The notes under the pieces: model-generated | Database searches by the model: none | Told to the model about the DNA's origin: nothing | What the model saw: only the letters and a program-made list of their open reading frames with translations | Part shown: positions 31,501 to 40,371 of the stretch, piece by piece | How positions within the stretch are numbered: the first letter of the stretch is position 1 | How the letters are laid out: each line of letters starts with the position of its first letter | Made by a program: the position numbers and the translations under genes | Virus record (IMG/VR): IMGVR_UViG_3300046001_008198 | Span: 1-64,000 of that record | Direction: 5' to 3' (one strand) | Source: a virus | Length of the DNA: 64,000 bases

Positions 31501-34352
31501 AAGGATTAAAAAATGCAAAGTTTGGAATAACTCAAGATCAAGTTGAGCGATTAGCTGAAATTGAAAAAGAACTTTCTTCTATGCGTACTACTACAGCTAC
31601 AGATTATTATGCTGCAGCTTTTGTATCTATTCTTAGAGAAAAAGGAAATGAAACAGGTTTGGAAATTTTTGATGAGTATGTTCAGGGATACGGTTATGTT
31701 GTAGGTGAAGATGATATTCCGGAAGATGTTATTAGTAAATTTCTTTATGAAGAAGAATTCTTACTGGATGAAGTTAAAGCAAGCGCTCCTACTTTTGCTG
31801 AGTGGTTTGACAACAACCATTACGATAAAGAAAAATTTGTTTTAATTGAAGATGAAGAGGGTGAGAGCAGAGGTGAATATAGAATGGTTCCTGAGAAAAC
31901 AAGTCTCTGGTCTTTTACAAAACCTTCTGATAATCTTTATTACAAAGCTGAACCAATGTATGATGCTCAGGGTAACATTGTTGGTGTATTTGAACTGGAT
32001 CATACTCCTCGTGTTCCTAACATGACTTTCTATAAAAGTGTTGTCAAAGAAGAATACAAAACTGAGATTGTAGAAAGAGATTACATTGATAATAATGGGA
32101 ACTTGGTATTAGCAAACATTGATAATCGAAATAGATTTCTTCCAAAAACTCCGCAACAAGGTGCTAGCAGCAGTAAGTACATCAATCCTGATTACCAAAC
32201 TATGTTTGATACCGATCATGATTTATGGAATATGCTGGATGAGTTTAAGAACATCCATTTAGATTCTCAGATTGGTCTTGATAATGCCCAGAAATTAGGA
32301 TTGAGTTATCCTTCAGCAAGAAGAGCTGGTTTAGAGAAGTTTACTCCACATAAACCAAAAGAGGCAGCGCGTAGATTTGTAAGTAATACATTACAGATGG
32401 TACATTCTCAAGCGGATGATTACAATTTTGGTTTGATGATGAAGCCTATTGGAACTAAAAAACTTGATGAGTTTGGTAGACCTGTCTACGGTACATTTGA
32501 ATTGGATCTGGACGATCGTAGTTTGGATATCATTGATTTAATGATGCAGTATCAACAAAGTGTTGAGTCATTTAAACTTCTACGAAAGAATTATTCAGTG
32601 GCCAAAACTTTACAAGAACTTTTAGCTGGTGAAACCATTGCTCCTCAAATCAATAAATTCAAAAAAGAATTAGATTTTGTAGCTGCTGTTTCAAAGAATC
32701 CAAATGTTGTACATAGAGCAAAGGCTGTTAATCAAATCTTTGAAAGACATTATGAAGGCGCAGGGCTTACTTCTTTTGGTGAAGGAACTATTGGACGGGA
32801 AGCAACACGTATGGCTCACAGAGGTGTAAGTGGAATATCATCTCTTTCAAACAGGAAGTTCTTCTTTTTCAATTGGATGTCTGATGCTACCAATGCTGTT
32901 TCAGGAAGAGTACAATACGGTTTAATTTCTGCAACTAGATCTGGTGATTATTTCAATATGAAAAACTGGATGGTTGGTGAAAAGAAAGCTTCTTCTACAA
33001 TTTCTCAGATGTTGGCATTGACTTATTCTTCTAGTACACGGGGGGTTGATGTCCAATTGGCTCAATTAATGAACGCGGCTCCTGATAAATTTGAACATGA
33101 AATTGGAGATGCAGGTAGTCGTAATGCATCCAAAGATGCTTATGAAGGTAAAGCAGGTTATGCTGTAAGAGCTGTACTACAACATCAGTTGGAACTTGCA
33201 GCTTTTTACGCGTTACTTGATAATCAAAAATATAGATTTCAGATAAATGGAACTGGTCCGCTTACTACTTTGGATAAATCGGTTGAACTTCGTAATGGAA
33301 AGATTCATACAAAAGATGGAGTTCCTCAGGAATACAGTATTAGTTATGATTCAAAAGGTACACTTATTTTAGGTGATAAATTGAAACAAATTATGAATCA
33401 CCATAATGGATTTTTAGTAAAAGCTACAGGTCTTGCAGGTAAGTTTAGCCAATCTGAATTTATGAATAGATGGCTGCTTGGTAAAATAATGCTGATGGTA
33501 TTAAGATTTGTTCCTGGTATGACTATGGATCGATATCAATTTAAAATCAGGAAGGATATGCCTAAGTCGGCAATGACTAAATCAGGATTAGGGTATTCAG
33601 GAAGAGCAATTAAGGGATTGTTTACAGGAAATATACAGGCTCGTTATAATTGGGATACAAAACAAGCCGAGATCGGTATGTATGTTGGAGCTTTGCAATT
33701 TTTTCAAAGAACTGTTACTGGAAGATTGAGTAATGTTTCGAATAATGAGTACGCAAGAGAAAATCTTCGCGGATTATTTGGAGTTGCTTTAACTAAAGCT
33801 ATGCAGGCTTTGATTCTTTCAATGTGTTCGGGTATGGTGTTTAATGATGACGATGACGATGAGTATAATGATTATCAGTATGATCCTAACAATCCTGATT
33901 ACCAATCTTTAAAAGCTTCTGCTACACTACCGAGACTTCCTGGGGTTGATCCTAAGTATGCTGCATCAAAAGGTATGTTTGAAGTAGGTGATTATGCACA
34001 ATTAGTTGCATTACGACTTGGACTTCGGGTAGAAAAAGAAACTGATACATGGAATCCTTTAACTCTTACACCTTTAGTAAAAGATATTATCTTAGGAAAT
34101 GGTCCTGCGGGTGAGGGTTCTGTGAAAGATGTGTTTGAAATAGTTAAGCTTTTAACTTTGGAAACTAAGGCTGCTATGGGATTTGAAGTCCAAGATTCTA
34201 AATTAACTATTGGAGCAGATGCAGGTCCTTATACTTGGCAGAGAGAAGGTGAAAGAAAAATTTGGAATGTTACAGGTCGATTATTTGGACTGAACGGAAG
34301 TATGATCAATCCAGCCCAAGCAATCGAAAATGAAGCGGCTTTCGCTAAATAA
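28524..34352 (+). CDS. Large ejected protein (1942 aa) with N-terminal zincin metallopeptidase domain
   Basis: GFF..GKVYL...TIFHEFSHPLV (HEFSH at 28962-28976) followed by YKEEVIVRA; hydrophobic segment near C-terminus. Confidence 0.8.
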   Translation: MGMCFRDKNEETKFKILAGVVGEKEAWRDFFEQNGNVRPPLVVVKKIEDLGNQPVAIDEFQEYYESLPEAIDELPVEQINNLLAANSRKESMRAVETLSKQLGIEAIIVTPQEAMEMKKSSDPGMGFFRSGKVYLVEGAFDADTIFHEFSHPLVKSLSKNNREVFESLFNEVMASDLGFHLVSGMESSSLDPASNEYKEEVIVRAMELINREVVAKPQSWLDKLFFAFRQMLRKVFKIDASKLAPTTTLKQLVTMLNQGDSFKLDYEALNADDTLMLKMESDELMKRINQAGADTAQKIINEFADMIKEQVAAAGKPNSIYSQIAEGFTNEENDGLLQNLRKITEVLSTSDKSRKAVKSLSANVRDQEINEVVTKLESIFKSIAKGEEVFKMIQEKMAILEKKDGVIEDLDALHALGQYALQWDNFLNKTLDKNALYMNLYSDNQETAFTTRMTTLAESATNLTRDIAIQKARLVSKIISDQVNKEKAPVTAAYLKNLDQLRDSGNMRDYDRMHTEFYGLSPDEMLEYNRLNSATPGTLTVAQQERYTNFRFLKTQGTEVTPDTIMDMLMGLSPDAVALNNIIEGAANSQDIVVGGLHTLVRNQMNELHGIMNSNQAEMLNKINPHLKATGWDKKRHFGTNGIGSALKQVTNVGRLVNNEIEDFHDYQFMNNFKDWEKDISVLQHSIKLAADEYKNSGLDEHYDEYLRATEALEDFNRAYMHQKYVDEYYDVQKLLRGDIGREVRKRLHLFYGEMNEMQDLELPIWDHRQTDHIKNKWVELRWMSSIYNADGTEKVGREKEIAERLAEYNEKSQKFKESVRKEGVFELAYNTFVENWLDENPDHTIGSSAFEGARNSWMRKNTTVQIDEAYYEKRAALYDEKSVILKKFNELNKDIADVGDLYKQIYDLNKKSKDDQGQYDGTALSAANQIRIRDMHIEIEEATELYYRRNGLTKEEYREYRDIMIYFDTNGHQFESPTAESRYMQLKELINEGLKNAKFGITQDQVERLAEIEKELSSMRTTTATDYYAAAFVSILREKGNETGLEIFDEYVQGYGYVVGEDDIPEDVISKFLYEEEFLLDEVKASAPTFAEWFDNNHYDKEKFVLIEDEEGESRGEYRMVPEKTSLWSFTKPSDNLYYKAEPMYDAQGNIVGVFELDHTPRVPNMTFYKSVVKEEYKTEIVERDYIDNNGNLVLANIDNRNRFLPKTPQQGASSSKYINPDYQTMFDTDHDLWNMLDEFKNIHLDSQIGLDNAQKLGLSYPSARRAGLEKFTPHKPKEAARRFVSNTLQMVHSQADDYNFGLMMKPIGTKKLDEFGRPVYGTFELDLDDRSLDIIDLMMQYQQSVESFKLLRKNYSVAKTLQELLAGETIAPQINKFKKELDFVAAVSKNPNVVHRAKAVNQIFERHYEGAGLTSFGEGTIGREATRMAHRGVSGISSLSNRKFFFFNWMSDATNAVSGRVQYGLISATRSGDYFNMKNWMVGEKKASSTISQMLALTYSSSTRGVDVQLAQLMNAAPDKFEHEIGDAGSRNASKDAYEGKAGYAVRAVLQHQLELAAFYALLDNQKYRFQINGTGPLTTLDKSVELRNGKIHTKDGVPQEYSISYDSKGTLILGDKLKQIMNHHNGFLVKATGLAGKFSQSEFMNRWLLGKIMLMVLRFVPGMTMDRYQFKIRKDMPKSAMTKSGLGYSGRAIKGLFTGNIQARYNWDTKQAEIGMYVGALQFFQRTVTGRLSNVSNNEYARENLRGLFGVALTKAMQALILSMCSGMVFNDDDDDEYNDYQYDPNNPDYQSLKASATLPRLPGVDPKYAASKGMFEVGDYAQLVALRLGLRVEKETDTWNPLTLTPLVKDIILGNGPAGEGSVKDVFEIVKLLTLETKAAMGFEVQDSKLTIGADAGPYTWQREGERKIWNVTGRLFGLNGSMINPAQAIENEAAFAK

Positions 34353-34901
34353 TTAAGATAATTCTGTTAGTAGTTCGGCAAGAGCTTTCTTTCCAAAACA
34401 AACAGTTTCTTTCTCAAGAAAAGGTGGTTCTATTAGTTCCACCTTTTTCATTATAGTTTCTACATCGCAATTCAATTCATCCGCATAATCCTGATAATAG
34501 TTTTCAGGGTGTATTGCAATCTCTGAAATTGGATGATCTGTTCTGCTCAGAAGGATCTTTGTGTTTAAAGTAAGCTTTGTGTACTCACCTCGTAAGATAG
34601 TGTCGTAGATGTTAGCTATCTGCGTAAATTCAAAGAAGAAATATTCATATTCATCATCGCTAATACTAAAATCAAAGAATTTATTCTCCGAAAGTATTGT
34701 TCTGACAGTCTGACTAATGTGATTTTTATGGAACAGACAGATTAAAGGACGGGTTTTCCCTAGATCCACTGATTCAATTTGTAGATATGTGCCGATAGGA
34801 ACAACATTTTTTGGAAGTTGTAACAAAGGGAACAAGAAGATTAAACTTTTAGTGTCATCTCTATGAGTCAGAAGTTTTTCGATTACGGTTGCTTTATTCA
34901 T
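34353..34901 (-). CDS. Hypothetical protein (182 aa), last gene of leftward block
   Basis: ATG at 34901 (MNKATVIEK...) preferred; stop abuts the stop of the convergent 1942-aa gene. Confidence 0.8.
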   Translation of the reverse strand: MNKATVIEKLLTHRDDTKSLIFLFPLLQLPKNVVPIGTYLQIESVDLGKTRPLICLFHKNHISQTVRTILSENKFFDFSISDDEYEYFFFEFTQIANIYDTILRGEYTKLTLNTKILLSRTDHPISEIAIHPENYYQDYADELNCDVETIMKKVELIEPPFLEKETVCFGKKALAELLTELS

Positions 34902-34916
34902 TTTTAATATTTTATA

Positions 34917-34948
34917 TAAAGGTAATAAATAATTAATAGTTAAACAAA
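34917..34948 (-). promoter_or_regulatory. Candidate Bacteroidota sigmaA-type promoter (TTTG-N20-TACCTTTA)
   Basis: Intergenic; -33 TTTG exact, 20-nt spacer, -7 element one mismatch from TAnnTTTG, 15 nt before ATG 34901. Confidence 0.5.
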
Positions 34949-34954
34949 AAATGT

Positions 34955-36043
34955 TTAAAATCCCCACATATTTTTTACCTCTTCTAATTCAGGTTTCTGA
35001 AAATCCCTTGCTACTGAAGGGTTTCGATCACCTTCCGCATGGAATACCCAAATATAAGTTTCCACATTGGTCCCACTTTCTTTAAATGCTCCTTTTGATA
35101 CAGGAAAATAGAGGCCTCCTTCATTTTCAGCCCATTCTTTAAATTCCTGATACTTTTTTTGATTATTTGTAATTGGACTAGGGGAACTCATTGTGATTAA
35201 TTGTCCTCCTGGTTTTAGAAACTTGTACATGTGTCGAATATGTTGAATATCCTGACCTCCTGTAAAAGGTGGATTTGCAATGATTAAATTAAATTGACCA
35301 AGAGTTTCAGGAGTATGTTTAAGAAAGTCTCCTTGTAATGTAGTTACATCAGAATTTGATTCAAATTTATCAGTAAGAACTGAATAATTCACATCACTGT
35401 ATTCCAAAGCTGTTATTTTTATGTCAGGTCTTACTGTTTGAAGGGCTTGCACAATTGCTCCCTGACCTGCTGAAGGTTCAAGCATTGTGTATCCTGGTCC
35501 AAGCATTCCAATTATTTGATTGGTTAATTCTTCACAAACTGCTGCAGGTGTTCCGAAGAACTGTAATTCTTTTTTCAGATTTTTAATCTCTCCATTTAAG
35601 ATCCGCTCTTGCATGATTTTCGCTGAAATGGGGAACTCAAATGCATTGTTTTTATACTTACCAAGGTTTTTGGTTAAGTAAGTCTTTACATCATTGTAAT
35701 TATCGAAGAATACATTCTCAGGAAGGATTAGTTTTTTACCGTCAGGAATCATGCGGCCAATGTTACGGAGCACTTCATCCTCATCATATTCAACAGGTAT
35801 TGATTTCAAATCAAGTTGTTTGTTACCTGATGAAATTTCTATCGAAACTGTTTTGCCAATGTTACTTTTAATAAATTCTATATCTTGTTTGGTAAAAGTA
35901 TAGTCACAACCATCTCCTAATGCAATAGTTTTGCGGTTTTCATCTATTAATATTTTAGCTGAAATACTTCCTTCTGTTACATAATATAATTCGGATTTGA
36001 CTGTGACTGTTACAAGATCATTATGGATTTCTATTTTTTCCAT
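34955..36043 (-). CDS. N6-adenine DNA methyltransferase (362 aa)
   Basis: QFFGTP, LEPSAGQGAI (motif I), IIANPPF (motif IV), F..SGTNV. Confidence 0.88.
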   Translation of the reverse strand: MEKIEIHNDLVTVTVKSELYYVTEGSISAKILIDENRKTIALGDGCDYTFTKQDIEFIKSNIGKTVSIEISSGNKQLDLKSIPVEYDEDEVLRNIGRMIPDGKKLILPENVFFDNYNDVKTYLTKNLGKYKNNAFEFPISAKIMQERILNGEIKNLKKELQFFGTPAAVCEELTNQIIGMLGPGYTMLEPSAGQGAIVQALQTVRPDIKITALEYSDVNYSVLTDKFESNSDVTTLQGDFLKHTPETLGQFNLIIANPPFTGGQDIQHIRHMYKFLKPGGQLITMSSPSPITNNQKKYQEFKEWAENEGGLYFPVSKGAFKESGTNVETYIWVFHAEGDRNPSVARDFQKPELEEVKNMWGF

Positions 36044-36582
36044 GTAGGGTGTGTAAAATATTTATATTCAATTGGACCTCGATATCCTTTTTCAAGTTCG
36101 AGTATCATTGTTTGTATTCGAAGGTATCCGAATGACTTTCTTGGTAATGCTGTGATGGATTTCAATCCGAATTCAATTAGGTGTCTACATCTAGTGTCGG
36201 AATCAAGCATTAAGAACCAAGGCATCACTGCAATTACATGATCACTCATCTTCATACACTCATTTAAGATATGATAACCTGCGGCCATGCCAGAAAGATT
36301 GATTCCTTCTGGTGCATTGTCGATAATCAAACTCTTTCCTGAGAAAGGAGGATTCATAATAACTGCATCATACCTTTCAGTAGTATTCAATAGAAAAAAA
36401 TCTTCTGCAGCAGTTACTCTAAATCGAGGGATACCAAGACTTACTTTTGATTTACGACTATGTAGTTCTTTTACAAGATTACCTTCTCCTGGAGTTGGTT
36501 CCAATATACTGTGACAATGAAATGGAATCATGTCCACCATGTATTTAGCAACCACAGGATGTGTTTGAAATTGTTTTTCCAT
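36031..36582 (-). CDS. Small N6-adenine DNA methyltransferase (183 aa)
   Basis: FQTHP, ILEPTPGEGNLV, VIMNPPF. Confidence 0.82.
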   Translation of the reverse strand: MEKQFQTHPVVAKYMVDMIPFHCHSILEPTPGEGNLVKELHSRKSKVSLGIPRFRVTAAEDFFLLNTTERYDAVIMNPPFSGKSLIIDNAPEGINLSGMAAGYHILNECMKMSDHVIAVMPWFLMLDSDTRCRHLIEFGLKSITALPRKSFGYLRIQTMILELEKGYRGPIEYKYFTHPTWKK

Positions 36583-36583
36583 T

Positions 36584-36865
36584 TTACATTTTTACAAGTC
36601 TAATATGAGAAGCTCCATATCGATTTTGAAGTTGCTCTAATGCAACCATGTCTTCTTGGAATTCTTTTGACCATCCAAAATATTCGAGCGGATCTGGTTC
36701 TTGCATGTATGCCGCCACATTAAAGATGTGTTCTTTCATGTCTCCCTGATCTAACCATTGGTCAATTTTAAGAGTTTGTATTTTCTCAAAGGTTCCTAGA
36801 TTTAATTCTGATTGTAGCACATCAATTATTTTATGTGCATCGAACTTGGTTAATTTTTTACTCAT
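36584..36865 (-). CDS. Hypothetical protein (93 aa)
   Basis: ORF tiling the operon with minimal gaps. Confidence 0.7.
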   Translation of the reverse strand: MSKKLTKFDAHKIIDVLQSELNLGTFEKIQTLKIDQWLDQGDMKEHIFNVAAYMQEPDPLEYFGWSKEFQEDMVALEQLQNRYGASHIRLVKM

Positions 36866-37157
36866 CGTTTTGTATATATCTGATTAATACATCTTTTCCA
36901 ATTGCTTCCATTAGGTCATTAACATCATAGTAATGAATCACAGCCGATGTAGTTACACGGGATAATAATTCCTGAGGACCTAATGAATCCAATACTTTTT
37001 CTTTAGCATATTCAATCAAAACATCATCAGGAATATCCTCTAAGACTTCATTGATATAATTAGTATCAACATCAATGTAAATTCTATCGGAACTCTGAGG
37101 TTCCATATTATTAATACATTTTGCATCGAAGGTGAGATTAACGGTAGGTTGTGCCAT
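36858..37157 (-). CDS. Hypothetical protein (99 aa)
   Basis: ORF tiling the operon; acidic, short internal helical repeats. Confidence 0.7.
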   Translation of the reverse strand: MAQPTVNLTFDAKCINNMEPQSSDRIYIDVDTNYINEVLEDIPDDVLIEYAKEKVLDSLGPQELLSRVTTSAVIHYYDVNDLMEAIGKDVLIRYIQNDE

Positions 37158-37158
37158 A

Positions 37159-37707
37159 TTAAATTAATTTACTTACAAGTTTTTCAGCTTCTTTACCATA
37201 TACTTTTTTGATATGATTACTTAAAGATATATCATCAGGGCAATTTACTCTTTTGTCCAGAGCAACAATATCTAATGTGAATTTATTACTCATCGCCATA
37301 ACTAGACCATCACCTTTTGGAGTGAAGCCTAGTATTTTTGTAAGTTTTTTCCAATCTTCTTTACGCTGAAGAGCTTCTATTACTTTATGCTCATATATTT
37401 CAGGAAGGTCTTCAACTGGTGGATGTCCTGTAATTAAATTATGAGCTCTTTTTGGATCCACTTTAGATAACCATTCGATCAATTGTTTTTTACAACTAAG
37501 TTTTGTTGAGGCTGACCACATAAATAATCCAGTTCTTACTTCACTCATACTGTAATAAAAATCTTGGAATTCGCCCCGAACTAATCTAGGATGTATTCCA
37601 AACTCAAATGTTTCACCATTGATTTCCCGAGAAATAATTTCAGCGGATATTTTATATAGTTTTTCTCCAGTAGCAATTGTTATTTCACGATTGATAATTT
37701 TTGCCAT
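37159..37707 (-). CDS. Hypothetical protein (182 aa)
   Basis: ORF tiling the operon. Confidence 0.72.
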   Translation of the reverse strand: MAKIINREITIATGEKLYKISAEIISREINGETFEFGIHPRLVRGEFQDFYYSMSEVRTGLFMWSASTKLSCKKQLIEWLSKVDPKRAHNLITGHPPVEDLPEIYEHKVIEALQRKEDWKKLTKILGFTPKGDGLVMAMSNKFTLDIVALDKRVNCPDDISLSNHIKKVYGKEAEKLVSKLI

Positions 37708-37708
37708 C

Positions 37709-37951
37709 TTATCCTTTTTTAACTTCGGTTAATAATTTTAGTTGTCTTTCCAATTCAAGCGCTACCTGAATTCCTTTTTGAGCTGTGAATGCAGGATCTG
37801 ATGTTAAGTTTGGATTACTTAAAGCAGCTGCAGTAAATTCTCTAGCACATCTTTCGAAGTAAGATTCACCTTCTTCTTCTTTCCAGGTTTTGTCTCCACT
37901 TGGATATTCCATAGTAGCAAATACAGGATGTACTTTTTTACTTAGATCCAT
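37709..37951 (-). CDS. Hypothetical protein (80 aa), paralogous motif with upstream neighbour
   Basis: AAALSNPN...AQKGIQVALELERQL. Confidence 0.72.
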   Translation of the reverse strand: MDLSKKVHPVFATMEYPSGDKTWKEEEGESYFERCAREFTAAALSNPNLTSDPAFTAQKGIQVALELERQLKLLTEVKKG

Positions 37952-38345
37952 CTCTTAATATATTTTCCATGATTTCTAATTGGTTGCATACAGCTAATGC
38001 AATTTGAATAGCCTTCTGAGCAACCTGTTCTGGTTCTAAGTTGTTATTATTAGGATTGGCTGTTATTCCTGATATAGCATGCTCAGTATAGATTGCAAGA
38101 TAGTTTTTGTTACTACCCGGAACGCGTAAAGCTTTCTTTTCATGAATCGTATGTGATTTCTGCATATCTTGCATAGGTCCTGAATTAGCCTTAGCCATTG
38201 TCATATTAATCTTACCAATTGTACCCTCCGCTGCTTGATCTATAGGAAGTATTCCTAAAGCTTGCTGTCTTTTTTGTATAGAATTTAAATTATCTTGAAG
38301 GCTTGCTCTTGCATATTTTGCGGAACGATCTCCATCTGTACTCAT
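37938..38345 (-). CDS. Hypothetical protein (135 aa)
   Basis: GITANPN...AQKAIQIALAVCNQL. Confidence 0.72.
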   Translation of the reverse strand: MSTDGDRSAKYARASLQDNLNSIQKRQQALGILPIDQAAEGTIGKINMTMAKANSGPMQDMQKSHTIHEKKALRVPGSNKNYLAIYTEHAISGITANPNNNNLEPEQVAQKAIQIALAVCNQLEIMENILRDGSK

Positions 38346-38539
38346 AATAGTTTTTCTTTTTCTTGAATAATATTTGCTTCTACTTCAATCCAGAAGCGTG
38401 CATTTGTAATAGTTGTCATATATGGAACATTTTCGATTGAGTTCTGCTCCATTTTGATATATCCTTGAACTTGCTTATGTGCTGCAGCTATCCCCATTTC
38501 TTGAATCAGGGTAATAGCTTTTAGATGTGGAATTGTCAT
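38342..38539 (-). CDS. Hypothetical protein (65 aa)
   Basis: ORF with ATGA overlap and abutting neighbours. Confidence 0.65.
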   Translation of the reverse strand: MTIPHLKAITLIQEMGIAAAHKQVQGYIKMEQNSIENVPYMTTITNARFWIEVEANIIQEKEKLL

Positions 38540-39481
38540 TTAAAATTTATTTTTGACACAATGTCCGTGCGACATTTTATAGTCTTCCAATTCTTCAATT
38601 GTCATATGACCATATTTTTCTTCTGCTATGATTAGCATCTCAGGTAATAGTTTCTTGCCCCATACTCCAAGGTTGTCTACAATTTTACCTGTCTTTTGAG
38701 ATACAGCTTTTGTAAGATCTCCTTTGTAAGCATTGGCTTTTATCTTATTCACTTCCAATTCCACCCATTCTTCATATTCAAATGGCCATACTCTCCATAA
38801 ATAAAGTAATTCTTGTAAGCTCATGAAAGGACAAATCATGCAATTGCTCGGAGGTGGAACCGTCCAACCAGTTGACTTGATATAATCTTGACAAGCCTGT
38901 CTATCTAGTCCTAAGTCAATTAATGGATACACTTTGTTTATTGCAAGGCGCATCCATATAGCTATGCTGTCTTCATTTGTTGAAGCTCTCTTTTCTTCAC
39001 CTGCAGCAATTCCTAAAAGCATGTCAATTTTACCATACTTTTTAGCGAATTCTTGTAATGCTCTTTTAAGTCCTACTTTTTCAGTGCTGTATGTAGTGTG
39101 AACATATTGTTCTAACCAATTGTAAATCGGTGTAATTTTTAATTTATCCGTGCAAGTCTTTGGAAAAGCTTTGGATCCAATTGCATTTGCTGATCGGTAG
39201 AATCCTTTCAATCCTTTAGACCATGATGGGGAAGTATGTCCCATATCTCCAGTAATGAAGTAGAAAGGGATTTTTTTCTTTGCACACAATGTTTGCACCC
39301 ATTTTCGATGAGCTATTGTCTTTGGATGCTCATTACCTGTGTCAGCCATTACAACAATTAAATCTCCTGGAGCGTATGTCTTTTTAAAGAAAGGTTCATA
39401 GATGAGTCGATATAAAATTGCTGTGCTGTCTTGACCTGCTCCGAAACTTAATACTGTTAGTTTCGCAAGTTTATTCAACAT
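38540..39481 (-). CDS. PAPS-reductase/DndC-like PP-loop family protein (313 aa)
   Basis: LSFGAGQDSTA (SxGxDS PP-loop), DTGNEHP, CTDKLKITPI, C-terminal SNCMICPF. Confidence 0.8.
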   Translation of the reverse strand: MLNKLAKLTVLSFGAGQDSTAILYRLIYEPFFKKTYAPGDLIVVMADTGNEHPKTIAHRKWVQTLCAKKKIPFYFITGDMGHTSPSWSKGLKGFYRSANAIGSKAFPKTCTDKLKITPIYNWLEQYVHTTYSTEKVGLKRALQEFAKKYGKIDMLLGIAAGEEKRASTNEDSIAIWMRLAINKVYPLIDLGLDRQACQDYIKSTGWTVPPPSNCMICPFMSLQELLYLWRVWPFEYEEWVELEVNKIKANAYKGDLTKAVSQKTGKIVDNLGVWGKKLLPEMLIIAEEKYGHMTIEELEDYKMSHGHCVKNKF

Positions 39482-39836
39482 GGGACTTGTATTTTAAAAT
39501 TAAATTTCCTTCTTCATCAAGCTTTTGTTTATAGGTTGTTTTATTAAATTTTTCAGTTCTATAACCATTATGAGAAGTTTCAATATTAAAAATTGGCTGA
39601 GTAACAATCTCAACTTCCATCTGATTGCATTTTTTATTCGACTGTTCTTCAACTACTCGAAATAATTCAGCACAATTAACTTTTGATAATTTTTTGAGTA
39701 TTGTCCCATTACGCTCTGATTGAGCTACATCATCTGCTTCAAAAGGATATTGCGATGAACCAAGTATTTTACAGTCTTCTCCTGTAAGAGTATAACCTAC
39801 TCCTTTAGGATATTTATATTTAACTAATGTATACAT
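39471..39836 (-). CDS. Hypothetical protein (121 aa)
   Basis: ORF tiling the operon. Confidence 0.7.
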   Translation of the reverse strand: MYTLVKYKYPKGVGYTLTGEDCKILGSSQYPFEADDVAQSERNGTILKKLSKVNCAELFRVVEEQSNKKCNQMEVEIVTQPIFNIETSHNGYRTEKFNKTTYKQKLDEEGNLILKYKSHVE

Positions 39837-39868
39837 GTAGCTTATGTTTTAAAATTATTTATAACAAT

Positions 39869-40101
39869 TATCAACCTATAGGTTTATTTTAATCTTCTTC
39901 TTCGTATTCAGTTCCATCTAATCTTTCTCCATTACCATCCCAATATGGAACTTTTGTATCAGTATAAAAATTAATTATTTGAGCATCTATTAACTCATCA
40001 ACACATTCTACTAATAAATCTTTTATTTGGTCAATTTCTAATGTTTCAATCCAAATTTTTAATCTTTCTCTTCGGCTCATAATATCAACTTATAGGTTTA
40101 T
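39869..40101. repeat. 19-bp direct repeats (18/19 identical) at 39869-39887 and 40083-40101 flanking a 63-aa gene
   Basis: TATCAACCTATAGGTTTAT vs TATCAACTTATAGGTTTAT; first copy contains palindrome AACCTATAGGTT. Confidence 0.85.
39889..40080 (-). CDS. Hypothetical protein (63 aa)
   Basis: MSRRERLKIW...YWDGNGERLDG; acidic tail. Confidence 0.72.
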   Translation of the reverse strand: MSRRERLKIWIETLEIDQIKDLLVECVDELIDAQIINFYTDTKVPYWDGNGERLDGTEYEEED

Positions 40102-40370
40102 ACTAATAAAGCTTCTTCGATTTCTTCAGCATATTCTTTTATCATTTCGATAACAGAGTCTGTAAAAGTGTCATCTACAGGGGCAAATAGCTCTTCCCTG
40201 AAACCTTTTCTTGCATTAGCAGGGTTGTCCAATAACTCTTTGAGTATTACTCCAAATTTAGGAGTGTATCCGTGGACTGTGTAAATAATGTCTTTTTTTA
40301 ATACAATGCCGTGGTCAGGGTACTGCATAGCTTTGACACATACAATTTTTTGATCGGGTTTAAATCTCAT
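40098..40370 (-). CDS. Hypothetical protein (90 aa)
   Basis: MRFKPDQKIVCV... small beta-rich phage-like protein. Confidence 0.72.
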   Translation of the reverse strand: MRFKPDQKIVCVKAMQYPDHGIVLKKDIIYTVHGYTPKFGVILKELLDNPANARKGFREELFAPVDDTFTDSVIEMIKEYAEEIEEALLV

Positions 40371-40371
40371 A

